Program-made: the position numbers and the translations under genes
From: Candidatus Saccharimonadia bacterium
Lineage (GTDB): Bacteria; Patescibacteriota; Saccharimonadia; UBA4664; JBIOIQ01
NCBI GenBank assembly: GCA_044449985.1
Contig: JBIOIQ010000002.1
Span: forward strand, 684 to 64,683
Length of the DNA stretch: 64,000 nt
Reading direction: 5' to 3'
Part shown: piece by piece, positions 38,620 through 46,766 of the stretch
Position numbering within the stretch: the stretch's first letter is position 1
Layout of the letters: every line of letters begins with the position of its first letter
The notes under the pieces: generated by a model
What the model saw: the letters and a program-made list of their open reading frames with translations, nothing else
What the model was told of the DNA's origin: nothing
Database searches by the model: none

Positions 38620-38648
38620 TTGACAATTAGTCCAGATTAGTGTATTAT
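38620..38648 (+). promoter_or_regulatory. putative promoter for the 38666..38893 gene (TTGACA-N17-TATTAT)
   Basis: The plus strand reads TTGACAattagtccagattagtgTATTAT. A TG directly precedes the -10 element. Confidence 0.5.
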
Positions 38649-38665
38649 ACATAACCAAAATCAGA

Positions 38666-38893
38666 TTGAGGCTGATACAACTTATGAAAAACGTCTATCA
38701 ATATATTAATTTCAGGCTTATTACTCTAACCGGGTTGTATGTTGGGTTGTTCTTTATTTATGTAAATACACCCAACACCTATATTGAGCTACGACATAAT
38801 CTTTCGATCGGAATGCTCGTTATTCTGATCGTGACAAGTCTAGTTGCACTCACGACCCTAGTCCCTCATCAAAAGTCAAAACTAGTGCGCTAA
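38666..38893 (+). CDS. hypothetical small membrane protein
   Basis: 75 aa (or 69 aa from the ATG at 38684) with two hydrophobic helices and a good upstream promoter. Confidence 0.5.
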   Translation: MRLIQLMKNVYQYINFRLITLTGLYVGLFFIYVNTPNTYIELRHNLSIGMLVILIVTSLVALTTLVPHQKSKLVR

Positions 38894-39133
38894 GTTAATA
38901 AAAATACCTAGTCCAGCAAATGCCAAAAGAGCTGAGATGAGCAAAACCGCATATTCGACTTTTCGGTCAATTTGAAAGTGTTCATGAGAAGAAAATAACA
39001 AACCAAGTAACAGTCCCACCGGAAATACTATTCTACCGTTATATTTGATCCAAATTGTTCCGAGTATAAAATATAAAAGTATTTTGAGAAAATATACGCT
39101 GCTTGATTCTTCAACATGCTTCTTTTTTGGCAT
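38882..39133 (-). CDS. hypothetical small membrane protein
   Basis: 83 aa with three hydrophobic segments. Its 3' end overlaps the convergent 38666..38893 ORF by 12 nt. Confidence 0.5.
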   Translation of the reverse strand: MPKKKHVEESSSVYFLKILLYFILGTIWIKYNGRIVFPVGLLLGLLFSSHEHFQIDRKVEYAVLLISALLAFAGLGIFINLAH

Positions 39134-39245
39134 ACACTAATTTAAGCATATCCATTTTGAAGGTGCAACTAGCCACTTTAAGAAAATCTATCTTAGCGCA
39201 GCCGTACATAGCTATATTTGTTTAATATTAAACCGAGATGGACTA

Positions 39246-40273
39246 TTGAATATTCGTGATTATACATACATGTTACCAAAAGCCTCAATTGCTTTTTACC
39301 CACAAGCAACACGTGGCGATTCGAGGCTCCTGGTACTCAATAGAGCAGACTCACGGCTATACGATGAGCGCTATGCAAACCTGGTTGACTACTTTAACCC
39401 GGGAGACTTGTTAATACTAAACGATACCAAAGTTATAAAGGCTCGACTGCAGGTTCAAAACAAAAAAAAGCAACTAATTGAGATTTTACTACTCGAGGAA
39501 CATGGCAAAATAACTCCAAATGTGCGGCGAGTACTCTATCGCGGTGAACTCACTACTGGGGAAATATTGCTGCTTGGCTCAACTGAGCTCGAAGTTATTC
39601 GAGTACTAGAGGGTGGCATGGCGGATATTCGCTCTGTTCAAGACTTTAACGAACTTGCTTTGTTTTATGGTGAAGTCCCCTTGCCACCCTATATTAAACG
39701 CCCGATAAATTCCGCTGATACGCTAAGATACCAAAGTATTTTTGCCCAGAAGTCAGGCTCAGTCGCAGCACCCACTGCTTCATTAAATATGACTACACAA
39801 CTACTGAGTCAAATTCGGACCAAAGGAATTCGAGTTGAGTATCTAACTCTGCACGTTGGACTAGGGACATTTTTGCCAATACGAACTTCCAATATTGCCG
39901 AACATAAGATGCACAGCGAGTATTTCGAAATACCTTCAACGACCGTTCGAGCAATTCAGCAAACCAAAACTTCAAATAATCAGGTGATTGCACTTGGTAC
40001 TACGGTTGCGAGAACCCTTGAATATTGCGGGGGAATATTCTCACAAGTAAACCTGTAAAGAATCTAACCGGGGAGGCAGATATATTTATTTACCCCGAGT
40101 ATGATTTCAAAATTGTCGATCAATTAGTTACAAATTTTCATGCACCAAAATCAACCGTATTAATGTTGGTCGCCGCTTTTGCTGGTTGGAAGAACATTCA
40201 AAAGTCTTATCAACATGCACTCGAGAAAGACTACCTATTCCTAAGTTACGGCGACAGCATGTTAATTCGCTAG
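39246..40273 (+). pseudogene. queA: S-adenosylmethionine:tRNA ribosyltransferase-isomerase QueA, interrupted by a frameshift in a G5 run
   Basis: Two ORFs (39246..40058 and 40025..40273) together give a full-length QueA. The frames switch at GGGGG 40029..40033, and restoring one G gives ...[30 protein letters not shown].... The start codon is TTG. Confidence 0.8.
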
Positions 40274-40275
40274 GC

Positions 40276-41475
40276 TTACTCGATCCCATCGTAAAATGAG
40301 ATATTGTTGAGTTCTTCTGGCAAGAAACCGGCTTCAGGTTGAAATCCGGATTTCCATTCATAATTCTCTCCATAATTGAGATCTTGCATAAGCTTTGTCG
40401 GTGCGTTGCGTAAATGCAGTGGAACCTCAGCATTAGGATGTTGCCGAACAGCTGTTATTGCTTTACTTATAGCATCGTTAGCTTTGCGAGATTTGGGACT
40501 TTTTGCCATGGCAATCGTAGCATGGGAGAGTGTGATTCGACATTCCGGCATCCCGATGCGTTCAACGGCCAAAAAGGTGGAAACGGCCAACGGGAGGGCC
40601 TCCGGATATGCCAGTCCAATATCTTCTGAAGCAAATATAATGATGCGACGAGCAATAAATTTTGGATCTTCTCCTCCTTCTAGCATTCGAGCAAGGTAAA
40701 ATAGTGCGCCATCAACCGAACCTCCACGCATCGATTTGATAAATGCCGAGATCAGATTGTAATGGTATTCGCCCCCTTTATCAAAGCGCAAACTTGTTGT
40801 TTGGGTAGCCTTTTTGATAATCTCCGGTGTGATGTGCTTTGCTAGGGAAGCTGCAACTTCAAGACTCCCTATGCCAATTCGTGCGTCTCCCTGGGCAATT
40901 TCACTAAGGAGGTTAAGAGCATCATCAGTGATTGTGTTCGCAGGTAGCTCCTTTATTGCTTTCTCAAGAATATTTTTGATATCCGAAACCTGCAAAGGTT
41001 CGAGTGTTACTACTCGACTTCTGGATAATAATGGACTAATGACTTCGAAAGAGGGGTTTTCTGTTGTTGCGCCAATTAAAATGATCGTACCCTTTTCAAC
41101 ATACGGCAAAAAAGCATCTTGTTGGGCTTTATTGAAACGGTGGATTTCGTCAATAAACAAAATAGTTCTTTGACCCATTTTGCTTCTGGCGATCGCTTGC
41201 TCAATGATTTTTTTGACATCAGCTATACCAGAGGATACCGCCGACAGTTCTTCAAAAGCCGAATCTGAACTCCTGGCAATAATTCTAGCCAGAGTAGTTT
41301 TGCCTGTTCCAGGTGGACCCCATAAAATTAACGAGGTGGGTTGACCAGTCTCAATAATTACGCGCAAAAATTGATTCTTACCTAATAGATGTTGTTGACC
41401 GATGATATCATCGATTTCCTTAGGTCTGATCTTTTCTGCCAAAGGAACATTTTGATTTGACTCAAATAAGGTCAC
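40276..41475 (-). CDS. rarA: replication-associated recombination protein A (RarA/MgsA AAA+ ATPase)
   Basis: 399 aa with LILWGPPGTGKTTLA, FIDEIHRFNKAQQD and the C-terminal MgsA domain. The start codon is GTG. Confidence 0.93.
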   Translation of the reverse strand: MTLFESNQNVPLAEKIRPKEIDDIIGQQHLLGKNQFLRVIIETGQPTSLILWGPPGTGKTTLARIIARSSDSAFEELSAVSSGIADVKKIIEQAIARSKMGQRTILFIDEIHRFNKAQQDAFLPYVEKGTIILIGATTENPSFEVISPLLSRSRVVTLEPLQVSDIKNILEKAIKELPANTITDDALNLLSEIAQGDARIGIGSLEVAASLAKHITPEIIKKATQTTSLRFDKGGEYHYNLISAFIKSMRGGSVDGALFYLARMLEGGEDPKFIARRIIIFASEDIGLAYPEALPLAVSTFLAVERIGMPECRITLSHATIAMAKSPKSRKANDAISKAITAVRQHPNAEVPLHLRNAPTKLMQDLNYGENYEWKSGFQPEAGFLPEELNNISFYDGIE

Positions 41476-41544
41476 GCTTGTAATTATATACTTCCTTTGC
41501 AGAAGTACTATTAAGAGTTACATACCTTGTGCGAGATTATATTT

Positions 41545-41982
41545 TTAGGAATAGTAGGAGCGTATCTGGAAGAGAATCCAAAATGCAATGATTGCCCCAA
41601 TGATTGCGCCGACAATATTATAGGTTACTAAATTATATAAAAGACTTATGAGGGCTGCGTAAAACAGCATCATCCATCCACTGGTTTTTCGAGCAAATAA
41701 GCCGGGAAGTGCCAAGACTTGCAATGCTAACTGAACTAACAGCACAATCCAGGTGATTGAAATCGAAGTTGCTGCAATTCCAGAAAATGGAATAACAAAT
41801 AAGCTAAGTCCGAGTGCTGCAAGCAGAAGTGGTGCGGCCACAATTATTAATAGCAAGTTAATCCATGGCCCCCATTCAACGAGAACTTCTTTTATGCTTT
41901 TAGGCATTTGAACGGGAGATTTGCTTCCAAAGTATGTATCCAAAAATTTCATTACGTCGTTCGATGTGGATTGTTTAGCCAT
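41545..41982 (-). CDS. hypothetical membrane protein
   Basis: 145 aa with 4 hydrophobic helices after a ~35-aa soluble N-terminus. Confidence 0.6.
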   Translation of the reverse strand: MAKQSTSNDVMKFLDTYFGSKSPVQMPKSIKEVLVEWGPWINLLLIIVAAPLLLAALGLSLFVIPFSGIAATSISITWIVLLVQLALQVLALPGLFARKTSGWMMLFYAALISLLYNLVTYNIVGAIIGAIIAFWILFQIRSYYS

Positions 41983-42011
41983 AAGATATCCTTTAAAAAT
42001 AATGCTTATGG

Positions 42012-43016
42012 TTAGTATAGACTTTCATTTGCTAAAATCAAGCGCTGGTCAGTAGCTTCCATTCGTTCTTGCTGATTTTGAAGTACGGATCGTATCTCAG
42101 AGATGGTACTGGCTTGCATAATTGCGTCACGTATAGCAGATGAATTCTCCCCGTTTCTAATGTAAACTTTGGCAAACTTCTTAATTGCAGCAAAGTTTTT
42201 GGGAAAACTTATTGATTGTTCAAATACTGACAGATGAAATAAAAATAAATTAATAAGCTCAACTTCAGAATGTGGCTTGGCAACTTTTTCAAACGCAAAA
42301 ATATTTGAAAAAATTCCCCTGCCAATCATAACACCGTCAACTTTTAAATCTCGTGATATTTCGACTCCTTTAGCTCGTGACGATATGTCCCCATTGCCGA
42401 TAATCTTCGTCGGTTTTTTCATCTGGTTTCTTAACGTCACGATTTTAGATAGCTCGTCCCAATGAGCTGGGACTTTACTCTGTTCTTTGACGGTTCTGGT
42501 ATGGATTGTGATAGCCGCTAAATCAAAACCTAACAAGTACTCTACCCAATCCTCAGTAATTATCGAATCAATCCCGATCCTTGTCTTGACACTCACGGGA
42601 ACCTTTTTTGCAGCTGCTTTGGTTGCAATAATAATCTGACTTGCTCTGTCTCGGTCACGAATGAGAGCTGAACAACAGCCATGTGCAACAACATTCTTAA
42701 CGGGACATCCCATATTTAAATCGATTCCTGAGAATCCAAGCTGAATAAGTCGCTCGGTAACGCTGTAAAAATTATCTGGGTCGTGTCCCCAGAGTTGTGC
42801 AACCAGTGGTTTTTGAAGTTCGATCGGTGAAAACTCGATTTTCGACGCAATTTTTGCCGCACCAGGTGAACACAGCCCGTCAACGTTCGCAAACTCTGTA
42901 AAGAATACATCCGGAGAGGCTGCTTTTGCCACTGTCCGACGAAAGGCGGAATTGGTCACATCATCCATCGGAGCAAGTATAAAAATAGGTGATGAAAGAT
43001 CTTGCCAAAAGTTCAT
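42012..43016 (-). CDS. dus: tRNA-dihydrouridine synthase
   Basis: 334 aa from MNFWQDLSSPIFILAPMDDVTNSAFR, with the motifs LNMGCP and the catalytic Cys region. The track ORF adds 21 unlikely N-terminal residues. Confidence 0.88.
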   Translation of the reverse strand: MNFWQDLSSPIFILAPMDDVTNSAFRRTVAKAASPDVFFTEFANVDGLCSPGAAKIASKIEFSPIELQKPLVAQLWGHDPDNFYSVTERLIQLGFSGIDLNMGCPVKNVVAHGCCSALIRDRDRASQIIIATKAAAKKVPVSVKTRIGIDSIITEDWVEYLLGFDLAAITIHTRTVKEQSKVPAHWDELSKIVTLRNQMKKPTKIIGNGDISSRAKGVEISRDLKVDGVMIGRGIFSNIFAFEKVAKPHSEVELINLFLFHLSVFEQSISFPKNFAAIKKFAKVYIRNGENSSAIRDAIMQASTISEIRSVLQNQQERMEATDQRLILANESLY

Positions 43017-43072
43017 TGTATTAGAGTAACTGAACTTAACCATAAAATACAGCACGAAATGAACTAGGGTAC

Positions 43073-43101
43073 TTGACATTATTCCGGTTATGGTATAGAA
43101 T
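43073..43101 (+). promoter_or_regulatory. putative promoter for the 43234..43848 gene (TTGACA-N17-TAGAAT)
   Basis: The plus strand reads TTGACAttattccggttatggtaTAGAAT. Confidence 0.5.
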
Positions 43102-43109
43102 AACTACTT

Positions 43110-43228
43110 ATGTTCAGATGAGGGCCTGAAAAGGTCCTTTTTGTATACCTGAACATCGCCACACTTTTGTGAGGTGGAGTATCTACATTAACCGAAAGGA
43201 CGTTTTAGATTTCGACATTTTTGTCGAA
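43110..43228 (+). promoter_or_regulatory. structured 5' leader of the secreted transglycosylase-like gene (unclassified)
   Basis: ATGTTCAG (43110..43117) pairs with CTGAACAT (43149..43156), enclosing AGGGCC-TGAAAA-GGTCCT-TTTTT. A second perfect hairpin, TTCGACA-TTTT-TGTCGAA (43211..43228), ends 5 nt before the ATG. No SD is visible. Confidence 0.4.
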
Positions 43229-43233
43229 CACCT

Positions 43234-43848
43234 ATGCGTAACTTTACTAAACTAGTAATTGCTTCTGCAATGCTAGCTACACAGGCGACTCCTACAGCTT
43301 CAACCGCCGTCGCCGCTTCAGTTTCGGTTTCAATACCGACTGTTGTCGCCCCTCAAACAAATATTGTATTTTCAACTTCAAGTATTAACGCACTTGAAAT
43401 ACAATCACCCCCAGCTCCAAACTTTGATACGGATGTTCTGATACCGCTACGCGCAAAGCAAGCCCAAGAAGCTACTGCCGCACAAGCTCAGAAAATCGCA
43501 GCCGCTAAAGCTAGGGCACTTGAAATTTCAGGCCTTAGTTCGGTATCAACCGTTGGCGATCACGCCAGTTGGATGAGCCAAGCCGGAATTAGTCCATCTG
43601 ACTTTGCTTACGTGGATTTTATTGTGAATCACGAAGCAAGTTGGGAGGGTGTCACAAAGTGGAACTACGCCGGTTCTGGTGCGTATGGGATGTTTCAAGC
43701 ACTGCCCGGAAGTAAGATGGCCGTTTACGGTTCTGACTGGGCAACTAATCCAGTAACACAAATAAAATGGGCTAATGCCTATGCGATATCGCGCTATGGC
43801 TCATGGTATGGAGCTTACGAACATTGGCTAAGCTTTCACGCTTGGTAA
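43234..43848 (+). CDS. secreted transglycosylase-like protein (IsaA/SceD/Apf C-terminal-domain-like)
   Basis: 204 aa with a signal peptide (MRNFTKLVIASAMLATQATP) and an Ala/Gln-rich linker. The C-terminal NHEASWEG...SGAYGMFQALPGSKM...W...W reads like small lytic transglycosylase domains. Confidence 0.7.
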   Translation: MRNFTKLVIASAMLATQATPTASTAVAASVSVSIPTVVAPQTNIVFSTSSINALEIQSPPAPNFDTDVLIPLRAKQAQEATAAQAQKIAAAKARALEISGLSSVSTVGDHASWMSQAGISPSDFAYVDFIVNHEASWEGVTKWNYAGSGAYGMFQALPGSKMAVYGSDWATNPVTQIKWANAYAISRYGSWYGAYEHWLSFHAW

Positions 43849-43854
43849 TAAACT

Positions 43855-43879
43855 AAAAACCCCTTTTTAGGGGGTTTTT
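43855..43879. terminator. bidirectional rho-independent terminator between convergent genes
   Basis: AAAAACCCC-TTTTTAG-GGGGTTTTT, with U-runs available on both strands. Confidence 0.75.
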
Positions 43880-43915
43880 AGTTTAGGGATACAATTCTCT
43901 TCCAATTTTTAAAAC

Positions 43916-44497
43916 TTAACTGGTACTGTTCCAATTTGGATCTCTACCTGATAATGCAACTAAGCGCGCTAACGTTGGCGCATTAGGTTCGACAGCTACC
44001 GGACTTTTAAATAATCCACTACTCTCGAGACTTTCTGCTCGATCTTTCACTGAGTTATAAGCGTATTCAACCAGCTGATCATTGAATTTGAGTTGAGAAC
44101 TTAGCGCAACTGCCAGATCCCACGAGTGAATAATGTGATCAAAAAATAGCTGATTGATATAGAAGTCTACTGAAAAGTCACCAAAAGAGAGGTGTACCAA
44201 ATCCTGGCCTGACTTAGAATTGTGTACAGCTTGTTCGGCAGCTTCAGAATACCTTTTCCAAGCAGCCTTTGGGTCGTCTCCCAACAATTCGCCATCATAT
44301 TTATTACCAATTTCTTGAACTGTTTTTCCGTTTAGTAGGTCTGGAACCCAAGCATTCTCATAAGCTACATGGGCCACTAATTGCCTGACATTCCATTTAT
44401 CACAGGGCGTAGGTTTAATCCATGCGTCTGGCGTTATCGATTGCACTAACTGCGAAAATAATTGATTGGCCTGAAGAAAAGCCTCATGTGATTGCAT
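43916..44497 (-). CDS. DinB-fold / MDMPI_N (TIGR03086-like) metal-binding protein, paralogue 1
   Basis: 193 aa with W.KPTPCDKWNVRQLVAHV...WVPDLLNGKTVQEIGNKYDGELLGDDPKAAW and the C-terminal ALSGRDPNW. Confidence 0.75.
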   Translation of the reverse strand: MQSHEAFLQANQLFSQLVQSITPDAWIKPTPCDKWNVRQLVAHVAYENAWVPDLLNGKTVQEIGNKYDGELLGDDPKAAWKRYSEAAEQAVHNSKSGQDLVHLSFGDFSVDFYINQLFFDHIIHSWDLAVALSSQLKFNDQLVEYAYNSVKDRAESLESSGLFKSPVAVEPNAPTLARLVALSGRDPNWNSTS

Positions 44498-44519
44498 AGG
44501 ATTTCATCCTGTTTAGAAG

Positions 44520-45173
44520 TTACTGGCTAAGTAAGGCGAAGCGTAATTTTTGGCTACTTTCCCGGTAAAGCGAAATAGTAAGCGACAAGCCTAGCAAGCC
44601 AAGCATGTCGATTACCCAATTGGCTGGACCAGTTCTAGGGATTGGTTTGGTTATCGCAGCAGGAGCTGGGGTTGTTGCGACCACAGGAGTAGGAATTGGG
44701 GCGGCAATCACAGGATTTCCGTTCGATGATATTATACCCCATGCAAATGCTCCGCGGTTTAACAGTACATAAATGGAGCTACTCTGAGCATTTAATAGTC
44801 CGGCAAGTGGATGAGCGTAACCATTACCATATGATCTAGAGTTTGGAAGGTTTGCGCGGCTTATTTGCCAAACATTACTGGCGACGACTTGTCCGTTTAC
44901 GCTAACTTGGCCGAGATTGTTGACTTCGCCCATAACCGTTTGATTAATATTTGTAATTTGTATACCGCTTGATAAATAGATTTGACTGATGTTGTCTCCT
45001 GAGTCTCGACCATCTCCGTTGTACAATTTTGAAATCAATTCGGATTGTGATGAGGCACCGCAATAAACGACAGAATTTGAATCGCAGAGCGAGCTAGAAT
45101 CGGCATGGACTACATTTGAACTAATCCCAAGCATCAGAATGACACTGGCGACAAAACTTGTTAAATAGCGCAT
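44520..45173 (-). CDS. secreted surface protein with a sortase-type C-terminal sorting signal (IPRTG + TM + basic tail)
   Basis: 217 aa from MRYLTSF..., preceded by AGGGGAG. It has the signal peptide ...SSNVVHA, then the C-terminal PIPRTGPANWVIDMLGLLGLSLTISLYRESSQKLR. Confidence 0.65.
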   Translation of the reverse strand: MRYLTSFVASVILMLGISSNVVHADSSSLCDSNSVVYCGASSQSELISKLYNGDGRDSGDNISQIYLSSGIQITNINQTVMGEVNNLGQVSVNGQVVASNVWQISRANLPNSRSYGNGYAHPLAGLLNAQSSSIYVLLNRGAFAWGIISSNGNPVIAAPIPTPVVATTPAPAAITKPIPRTGPANWVIDMLGLLGLSLTISLYRESSQKLRFALLSQ

Positions 45174-45201
45174 ATTATCAATCTCCCCTATTACCATAGT
45201 A

Positions 45202-46692
45202 TCACGAAGCAGGACTAGTTATTCCTCGGAGGAATTCATAGATCTTAACCATTGCCAAAGTATCTTGTTCGCAATAATTCAAAAGATCTGCAAAGACTTT
45301 GTCAGCTTCCATCTGACTAAGCTCACCTTTTACCGCCCGTGTCCAACGGATTTGAGCGATATCACCTTTTTGAATTTCTAAATTTGAATACGTTAGTTCG
45401 GGCACTAACGCTGGAAGTACGTTTTTTATCGAAACGCTACCTCCAAATCTTGGGTCAACATACCAAAAATTACTGAAAACTTCCATTAAGTCAAAAATAT
45501 TAGAATTAATGGTTGTTAACAAACTCGCATATTTTGGATGTAATTTTGCCATCTCAAGATTTCGTGACATCTCAAAATCTTTAAACCAAACTAATACACT
45601 ACCATTACGGTCAATGTCCGTTTCAAGACGGTCGAGCAATGCTACTACCGGATCGATATCTCCTTTGGCAAGGTACTCTTTCTGAACCAGAGGTAAATCA
45701 AGACCAGGCAGGATATGAAGTGAATACTGAAACGGTAACTGCTGATAGGGACTTTGTCCGGACCATAATGGAATAGGCGTATTATAGGTTTCATAATCTA
45801 GAAACTGAATCGGAAATCTTAACTGATCTAGCCAATAACGGATTTTTTGATGGTGAATTGCAGGCCGGGCTAAAGCCAAAGACTCTAGATATGCCCTTTG
45901 TTGGGCCAGCAGTTTCATATTTAGCGGGATCTCTGCAACATCGGAAATCGCTCTCTCTCTAAATACAGTTAATTGCGGCAACGTGAGTCTTTTTAGATGG
46001 TAGATACTTGTGCTTATAAGCTCAGGGTGTAGATTCCGATATAATGGCAACCACGCACCAAAGTTTTTAGCATATAAAGGGTCATCGTTGGGCTGTTCGG
46101 TGAGCTTTAGGACTTCTAGTGCGTCCCCTACATTGTCAGCAGTTTCTATGGCAATATCGCCGATTTGTTCACTGACATTTTCTATTTTAAAGAGTTTCTT
46201 AGGGTCAAGTTGTCGAGCAAGGACGTAATTTCGATTTATATAGACTATATATAATCGGGTAATGGGTAGACCTGCCTCCTCAAAAGCAAGCTTTTGAAAT
46301 GCAAGATCTTGAATGTGTTGCGTTCGCACCGCAGAAGAGCTTTTAACCTCAAACAAATCCCACCCGGAACCATTTTTCTTTAAAACATCTGCGGAAGCAA
46401 ATAGGTTTCTAGATGTTAATACGCTAGCTTGGAAAATCGTTAGATCAGGATCACTTAAACCCTGTAAGATAATTTCTTGTGTTCTTGCTGATTTTTGAAA
46501 TATCTCCTCATTCACTAAAATCCCATGGGGAAATAACTTCCGAGCTTCCAGTTCAACTTCATTACCCTGGGATACATTAAACTGTGCACTCTCATCAAAC
46601 TCCGGCAGTAGATCTATATGATATTTTTGAATCCATAAATAGGCTGGATGAATCAGGTATTTTAAGTAATCAGATTTCGTTAACCATTTCAT
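45202..46692 (-). CDS. DUF2779-type protein: N-terminal PD-(D/E)XK nuclease-like domain fused to a C-terminal DEDD/RNase-H-fold exonuclease-like domain
   Basis: 496 aa. The N half has ASADVL...WDLFEVKSS...QHIQDLAFQ (a D, E-x-K, Q pattern). The C half has FLDYETY, WFKDFE and YCEQDTLAMV (DxE...D...D pattern). Confidence 0.7.
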   Translation of the reverse strand: MKWLTKSDYLKYLIHPAYLWIQKYHIDLLPEFDESAQFNVSQGNEVELEARKLFPHGILVNEEIFQKSARTQEIILQGLSDPDLTIFQASVLTSRNLFASADVLKKNGSGWDLFEVKSSSAVRTQHIQDLAFQKLAFEEAGLPITRLYIVYINRNYVLARQLDPKKLFKIENVSEQIGDIAIETADNVGDALEVLKLTEQPNDDPLYAKNFGAWLPLYRNLHPELISTSIYHLKRLTLPQLTVFRERAISDVAEIPLNMKLLAQQRAYLESLALARPAIHHQKIRYWLDQLRFPIQFLDYETYNTPIPLWSGQSPYQQLPFQYSLHILPGLDLPLVQKEYLAKGDIDPVVALLDRLETDIDRNGSVLVWFKDFEMSRNLEMAKLHPKYASLLTTINSNIFDLMEVFSNFWYVDPRFGGSVSIKNVLPALVPELTYSNLEIQKGDIAQIRWTRAVKGELSQMEADKVFADLLNYCEQDTLAMVKIYEFLRGITSPAS

Positions 46693-46766
46693 TGTTCATA
46701 TTGTAACAGGCATATCTGACGCTACATTATGGAGTTCTGGGTGTGATCAGATATAATCTATAAATA

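Noticed and set aside
43110-43228. A ydaO (c-di-AMP) riboswitch upstream of the transglycosylase-like gene.
   Set aside because: I could not recognise the conserved ACGGGG/CCCGA-type blocks or the pseudo-two-fold architecture. It is reported only as an unclassified structured leader.
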